Assembly: GCA_037144095.1 (NCBI GenBank)
Contig: JBAWXL010000002.1
Location: forward strand, 1 to 50,056
Direction of reading: 5' to 3'
Origin: Bacteroidota bacterium
Lineage (GTDB): Bacteria > Bacteroidota > Bacteroidia > Bacteroidales > CAIXTV01
DNA length: 50,056 nucleotides
Both the position numbers and the translations under genes were made by a program. Shown one piece after another: positions 46,288-50,056 of this stretch. Under the pieces are notes generated by a model. It had not been told where the DNA came from, ran no database searches, and was given only the letters and a program-made list of their open reading frames with translations. How positions within the stretch are numbered: position 1 is the first letter of the stretch; each line of letters begins with the position of its first letter.

Positions 46288-46731
46288 ATGAAACGGAAAG
46301 CAATTTATCTAATGATTTTCATGATGTTGATGCCTTTTTTAATGGTTTCAGCACAAAATCGATCCTCTAAACTTACACCTGATAAACGACTGGAGGAAGT
46401 GTTTAGCAAACAAGAATTAAGCGATATGCTTACAAATCAACCGGAAAAAATTTCATATTACAATTATTTTCTGGAAAATGCCTATTATATCTCTGATATA
46501 GCAAAAGGTCCGGTTGTAAAGATTACAAATGTGAGTCTGAGAAACAATTTTAGCGTTTTTTTCAAAGAAGACGTGAATGCAATTTCTCCAAAAACCTTTA
46601 ATTATCTGAAATATAATTTCAAGATAGATAATAATCATTTTATTTCCTATTCTCTAGAAAATGGAAAATATTTGGTGTTTTATCCTAAAAATGAAACAGA
46701 AGCAAAATATAACTCAATTAATACTAAATAA
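46288..46731 (+). CDS. Small secreted hypothetical protein
   Basis: Signal peptide MKRKAIYLMIFMMLMPFLMVSAQ. No recognisable domain. Lies 9 nt upstream of the large T9SS gene. Confidence 0.5.
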   Translation: MKRKAIYLMIFMMLMPFLMVSAQNRSSKLTPDKRLEEVFSKQELSDMLTNQPEKISYYNYFLENAYYISDIAKGPVVKITNVSLRNNFSVFFKEDVNAISPKTFNYLKYNFKIDNNHFISYSLENGKYLVFYPKNETEAKYNSINTK

Positions 46732-46740
46732 TCAACTGAT

Positions 46741-49428
46741 ATGAAAAAAATAATCTTTCTATTAGTAAGCTTTATTTTCATCCAAACAGGTTTTTCTCAA
46801 ACCTATTGGTTGAATAATGGCTTTACAGATGGTGAAACCATCACTACCTGTGCCGGGATATTTTATGATGGCGGAGGTGCCTCTAATTATGCCGATAATG
46901 AATCTTGGACAGTAACTTTTCAGCCAAGCAGCACCACTCAACGAATGAGTATCTATTTTAATAGTTTTGCAGTTGATAATACAGATACCTTATGGATTTA
47001 TGACGGTAATAGTACCTCTGCGCCACTAATTCAAACCGGACAAACCAATCAACTTTTTTATAATAACAGCAATTCGCTGGTATTATTTCCGGTGAAAGCT
47101 ACACTTGCAAATTTATCAGGAGCATTAACTTTTAAGTTCAAATCGAATGCTGCAACTAATGCTGCAGGTTGGGATGCAACTATATCCTGTTATACTCCCT
47201 GCCAGATTGTATTAGCAGGAATCGATTCATTGGCAACTAATCCTATGCCTATCCCTTTTAATCCTATTGTAACTGATTCAAGTCATTATATTGATATTTG
47301 TTTTGGTGACCCAATTAAATTTATTGGAAAAGGCAATTATCCCGAAAATAATTTTGCATATTCACAATCAGATGCTTCTTCCACATTCATTTGGAACTTT
47401 GGCGATGGAGTGATTGATTCACTTACCGGCATGAATATTTTGCATACCTATAATCAAGTGAGAGGCTATGATGTTCAACTTACCATGCGTGATGCAAATG
47501 GCTGTAAAAGCCTCAACGCAATAAACTATAGAGTGCGAATTTCAGGTAACCCAATTGCCCATTTAAATGCCTTGCCTGATATTTGTAGCATCGATAGTAT
47601 TCTGGTTAATGTAGGTTACGATGCCGGATCAACATTTCTGATTTCTCCGATTGGTTCCACTCAGAGTTCCAGTCAACGATTTGATAGTACCATGTTTATT
47701 CCTGATGGACCCAATTGCAATCCTTCCGATCCATGTTATAATACTGATGTTAATTTTAATTGCTTTATGCCGGGTCAAACGATCACAGCCGCAACAGATA
47801 TTCTATCTGTTTGTGTAAACATCGAACACTCATTTAATGGAGACCTTAGTTTTACCATTATTTGTCCTAATGGCCAACAAGCAGTTTTGAAAACCTATTT
47901 AGGTTCAGCCGAAGTTAATTGTGGGGCATATTTAGGAGTTCCTTATGGTGGGGCAAGTCATGACCTTTATGATAATGGTTGTCTGCCTGCAGATAATCCT
48001 CCTGGCGTGGGATGGAATTATTGTTGGTCGCAGGTATATCCTCAAATAAGTACAATGAATACACAACCAAATGCCGGAACCATTGATTCGACAAATACCG
48101 TGAATCATACGCATTATTTTACTCCTGACCAGTCTTTTACTAACCTCATTGGGTGTCCATTAAACGGAACCTGGACTATTAAAATTTGCGACCAATGGGC
48201 AATTGATAATGGATATATCTTTTCATGGGATTTAAACCTCGATCCAAATTTATTACCTGTAGGCTGGCAATATAGCGTACCTATTGATACTGTTATGTGG
48301 ACTGGTCCTTATATTTTTGCATTAAATGATACTTCCGCAGTTATCAAACCTCCGGTAGGAAATAACTATAACTATACTTTTACATTGGTTGACGCATTTG
48401 GTTGTCATTATGACACTACATTCCTTGTGAATGTGCTTACACAACCTATTGTTAATTTAGGACCCGACACAGCTATTTGTGCAGGACAAATTATTGAATT
48501 AAATGGGGGAGGAGTTGGGACAAATTACACCTGGTCTACCGGTGCCACCGGCCCCGATTCAATTATATATGTTAATACCCCGGATCTCTATTGGGTAGTG
48601 GCTAACAATTCCAACGGAAATATCTCCTGCATTGCTTCCGATACTATTAATATTTTAATGCATCCGTCGCCGGTTGCTGCTTTTTCTGCAAACCCGCACA
48701 ATGGCTGTGAACCGCTTACAGTTAATTTCACTGATAATACACTCGATACGACTGTGGTGCTATGGAATTGGGATTTTGGAGATGGAAGCAACTCAACCGC
48801 GCATAATCCTACGCACACTTATATGACCCCCGGAACCTATTCTGTCTCACTTCATGTGAAAACTGCTTATGGTTGCGAAGATAACATAGTTATAAACAAT
48901 ATGATCACTGTTTATGATGTTCCTGAAGTGAGTTTTGTTGCTGACCCAACCGTTATTGATGTAAATGGAACCATTACCTTTACCGGTAGTTGCTCAGTTC
49001 CTAATGTTGCCAGCTGGAGTTGGGCATTCAATGATGGAAATACGGCAAGTGGTCAAGTGGTTACTAATACCTTCACTGTTGATGGAACCTATACGGTTAC
49101 ACTCACAGTGACAACTACTGATGGCTGTGTTAAAACCTATAGCAGTACTGTTACCGTTGAACCTGAATTTTTGTTCCCGAACGTAATTACACCTAATGGG
49201 GATAATACAAACGATAAATTTGAAATCAAAGGTTTACTCCCCGGACGAAATAACACTTTTGTTGTATACAACCGTTGGGGTAAAAAGATTTATGAAAAAG
49301 GAAGTTACGATAATTCGTGGACAGGCGAAGGAGCTGCCGATGGCGTATATTATTATATTTTCACCTGGCATAGTATGTCGAAAGATGCTGACCTTTCACA
49401 CTCAGGTTCGGTGACCATTATCCGATAA
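46741..49428 (+). CDS. Large T9SS type-B cargo (gliding-motility-associated C-terminal domain) with CUB-like, proprotein-convertase P-like and PKD-like modules
   Basis: Signal peptide. CAGIFYDGGGASNYADNE...LWIYDG (CUB-like). HSFNGDLSFTIICPNGQ (P-domain-like). WNWDFGDGSNS/WSWAFNDGNT (PKD-like). C-terminal FPNVITPNGDNTNDKF..YNRWGKKIYE..GVYYY. Confidence 0.8.
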   Translation: MKKIIFLLVSFIFIQTGFSQTYWLNNGFTDGETITTCAGIFYDGGGASNYADNESWTVTFQPSSTTQRMSIYFNSFAVDNTDTLWIYDGNSTSAPLIQTGQTNQLFYNNSNSLVLFPVKATLANLSGALTFKFKSNAATNAAGWDATISCYTPCQIVLAGIDSLATNPMPIPFNPIVTDSSHYIDICFGDPIKFIGKGNYPENNFAYSQSDASSTFIWNFGDGVIDSLTGMNILHTYNQVRGYDVQLTMRDANGCKSLNAINYRVRISGNPIAHLNALPDICSIDSILVNVGYDAGSTFLISPIGSTQSSSQRFDSTMFIPDGPNCNPSDPCYNTDVNFNCFMPGQTITAATDILSVCVNIEHSFNGDLSFTIICPNGQQAVLKTYLGSAEVNCGAYLGVPYGGASHDLYDNGCLPADNPPGVGWNYCWSQVYPQISTMNTQPNAGTIDSTNTVNHTHYFTPDQSFTNLIGCPLNGTWTIKICDQWAIDNGYIFSWDLNLDPNLLPVGWQYSVPIDTVMWTGPYIFALNDTSAVIKPPVGNNYNYTFTLVDAFGCHYDTTFLVNVLTQPIVNLGPDTAICAGQIIELNGGGVGTNYTWSTGATGPDSIIYVNTPDLYWVVANNSNGNISCIASDTINILMHPSPVAAFSANPHNGCEPLTVNFTDNTLDTTVVLWNWDFGDGSNSTAHNPTHTYMTPGTYSVSLHVKTAYGCEDNIVINNMITVYDVPEVSFVADPTVIDVNGTITFTGSCSVPNVASWSWAFNDGNTASGQVVTNTFTVDGTYTVTLTVTTTDGCVKTYSSTVTVEPEFLFPNVITPNGDNTNDKFEIKGLLPGRNNTFVVYNRWGKKIYEKGSYDNSWTGEGAADGVYYYIFTWHSMSKDADLSHSGSVTIIR

Positions 49429-49450
49429 ATATCTAAAACATTATGAACAA

Positions 49451-49482
49451 AAAAGGCTGCCTTAATTAAGACAGCCTTTTTT
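49451..49482. terminator. Bidirectional intrinsic terminator
   Basis: A-run, AAGGCTG...CAGCCTT stem, then T6. Sits between the convergent adhesin gene and tRNA-Phe. Confidence 0.7.
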
Positions 49483-49485
49483 ATG

Positions 49486-49558
<73 letters not shown>

Positions 49559-49640
49559 AGCAATAGGCGGCAAAAGTAATAAAAATATTTAAAATACAAA
49601 GAAAATATTTTTTTTCTACAATTAATGATGCAGAAAAGAG

Positions 49641-49960
49641 GTTTAGCTGTTTAGATAACTAGACTTTTAGCTGTTTAGACATTTAGACTTTTAGGAAGAA
49701 GCTCCAAACCTACCAGGTTTCCAAAACCTGTTAGGTTTTTTTAAAAAGGTTGAAGGCTATTAGGCTGTAGACTGAAGTAAGCTAATAGACTTTTAGCTGT
49801 TTAGTCATTTAGGCTTTTAGGAAGAAGCCCCAAACCTACCAGGTTTCCAAAACCTGTTAGGTTTTTTTAAAAGACTGAAGGCTATTAGGCTGTAGACTGA
49901 AGGAGGCTAATAGACTTTTAGCTGTTTAGACTTTTAGGCTTTTAGGAAGAAGCCACAAAC
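49641..49960. repeat. About 2.4 tandem copies of a 125-126-bp unit containing TTTAG-rich short repeats and two AAACCT..AGGTTT hairpins
   Basis: Copies start at 49660, 49786 and 49911. Hairpins in copy 1: AAACCTaccAGGTTT (49706..49720) and AAAACCTgttAGGTTTT plus T-run (49723..49742). Confidence 0.9.
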
Positions 49961-49974
49961 ACTACACTCTTTGG

Positions 49975-50056
49975 AATTTGAAATTTGAAATTTGGGTCTT
50001 TGGACTTCTTTACTATTAACCCAATAACCTATTAACTTAATAACCAATAATTATCA
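49975..50056. repeat. Short-period repeats at the window edge: AATTTGA x3, then an 8-nt-period TATTAACC/CAATAACC tract
   Basis: 49975..49995 holds three heptamers. 50014..50053 holds five related octamers. Truncated by the window end. Confidence 0.6.

Overview
AT-rich window that looks Bacteroidota-like: it has T9SS C-terminal sorting domains and TAnnTTTG promoter boxes. All family assignments come from reading motifs in the translated ORFs; no searches were run.

Layout:
- About 42 kb (1.6-44.0 kb) is one co-directional + strand train of roughly 38 polysaccharide (O-antigen or capsule type) biosynthesis genes.
- The train holds 3 UDP-GlcNAc 2-epimerase paralogs, 7 SDR epimerase/dehydratase/reductases, 2 DegT aminotransferases plus one divergent PLP-fold protein, 2 FemAB-like transferases, 3 hexapeptide acyltransferases and a GNAT.
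- It also holds an MBOAT plus SGNH-like O-acylation pair, an AsnB-like amidotransferase, 5-6 GT-B glycosyltransferases, 2 Wzx flippases, 1 Wzy-like polymerase and a Wzi-like outer-membrane barrel.
- Left flank: a T9SS type-A cargo gene.
- Right flank: lepA (- strand), a small secreted protein, a large T9SS type-B adhesin-like protein and tRNA-Phe(GAA) (- strand).
- I saw no transposase, integrase, CRISPR, toxin-antitoxin or recognisable defense genes.

The unusual content is non-coding:
1. Four intergenic tandem arrays keep a strict 21-bp (or 2x21 = 42-bp) register, at about 12.7, 23.3, 35.1 and 44.2 kb. Each carries internal dyad symmetry, and they sit at the module boundaries of the glycan locus.
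2. A CAACCT/TAACCT hexamer repeat family forms imperfect inverted repeats that exactly bracket a four-helix-bundle (23S rRNA IVS protein / Avd family) gene wedged into an operon junction.
3. The same hexamer family is expanded in frame inside the downstream aminotransferase, giving a 24-aa Q-P/Q-S tract.
4. A 125-126-bp tandem repeat carrying twin hairpins lies next to the tRNA.
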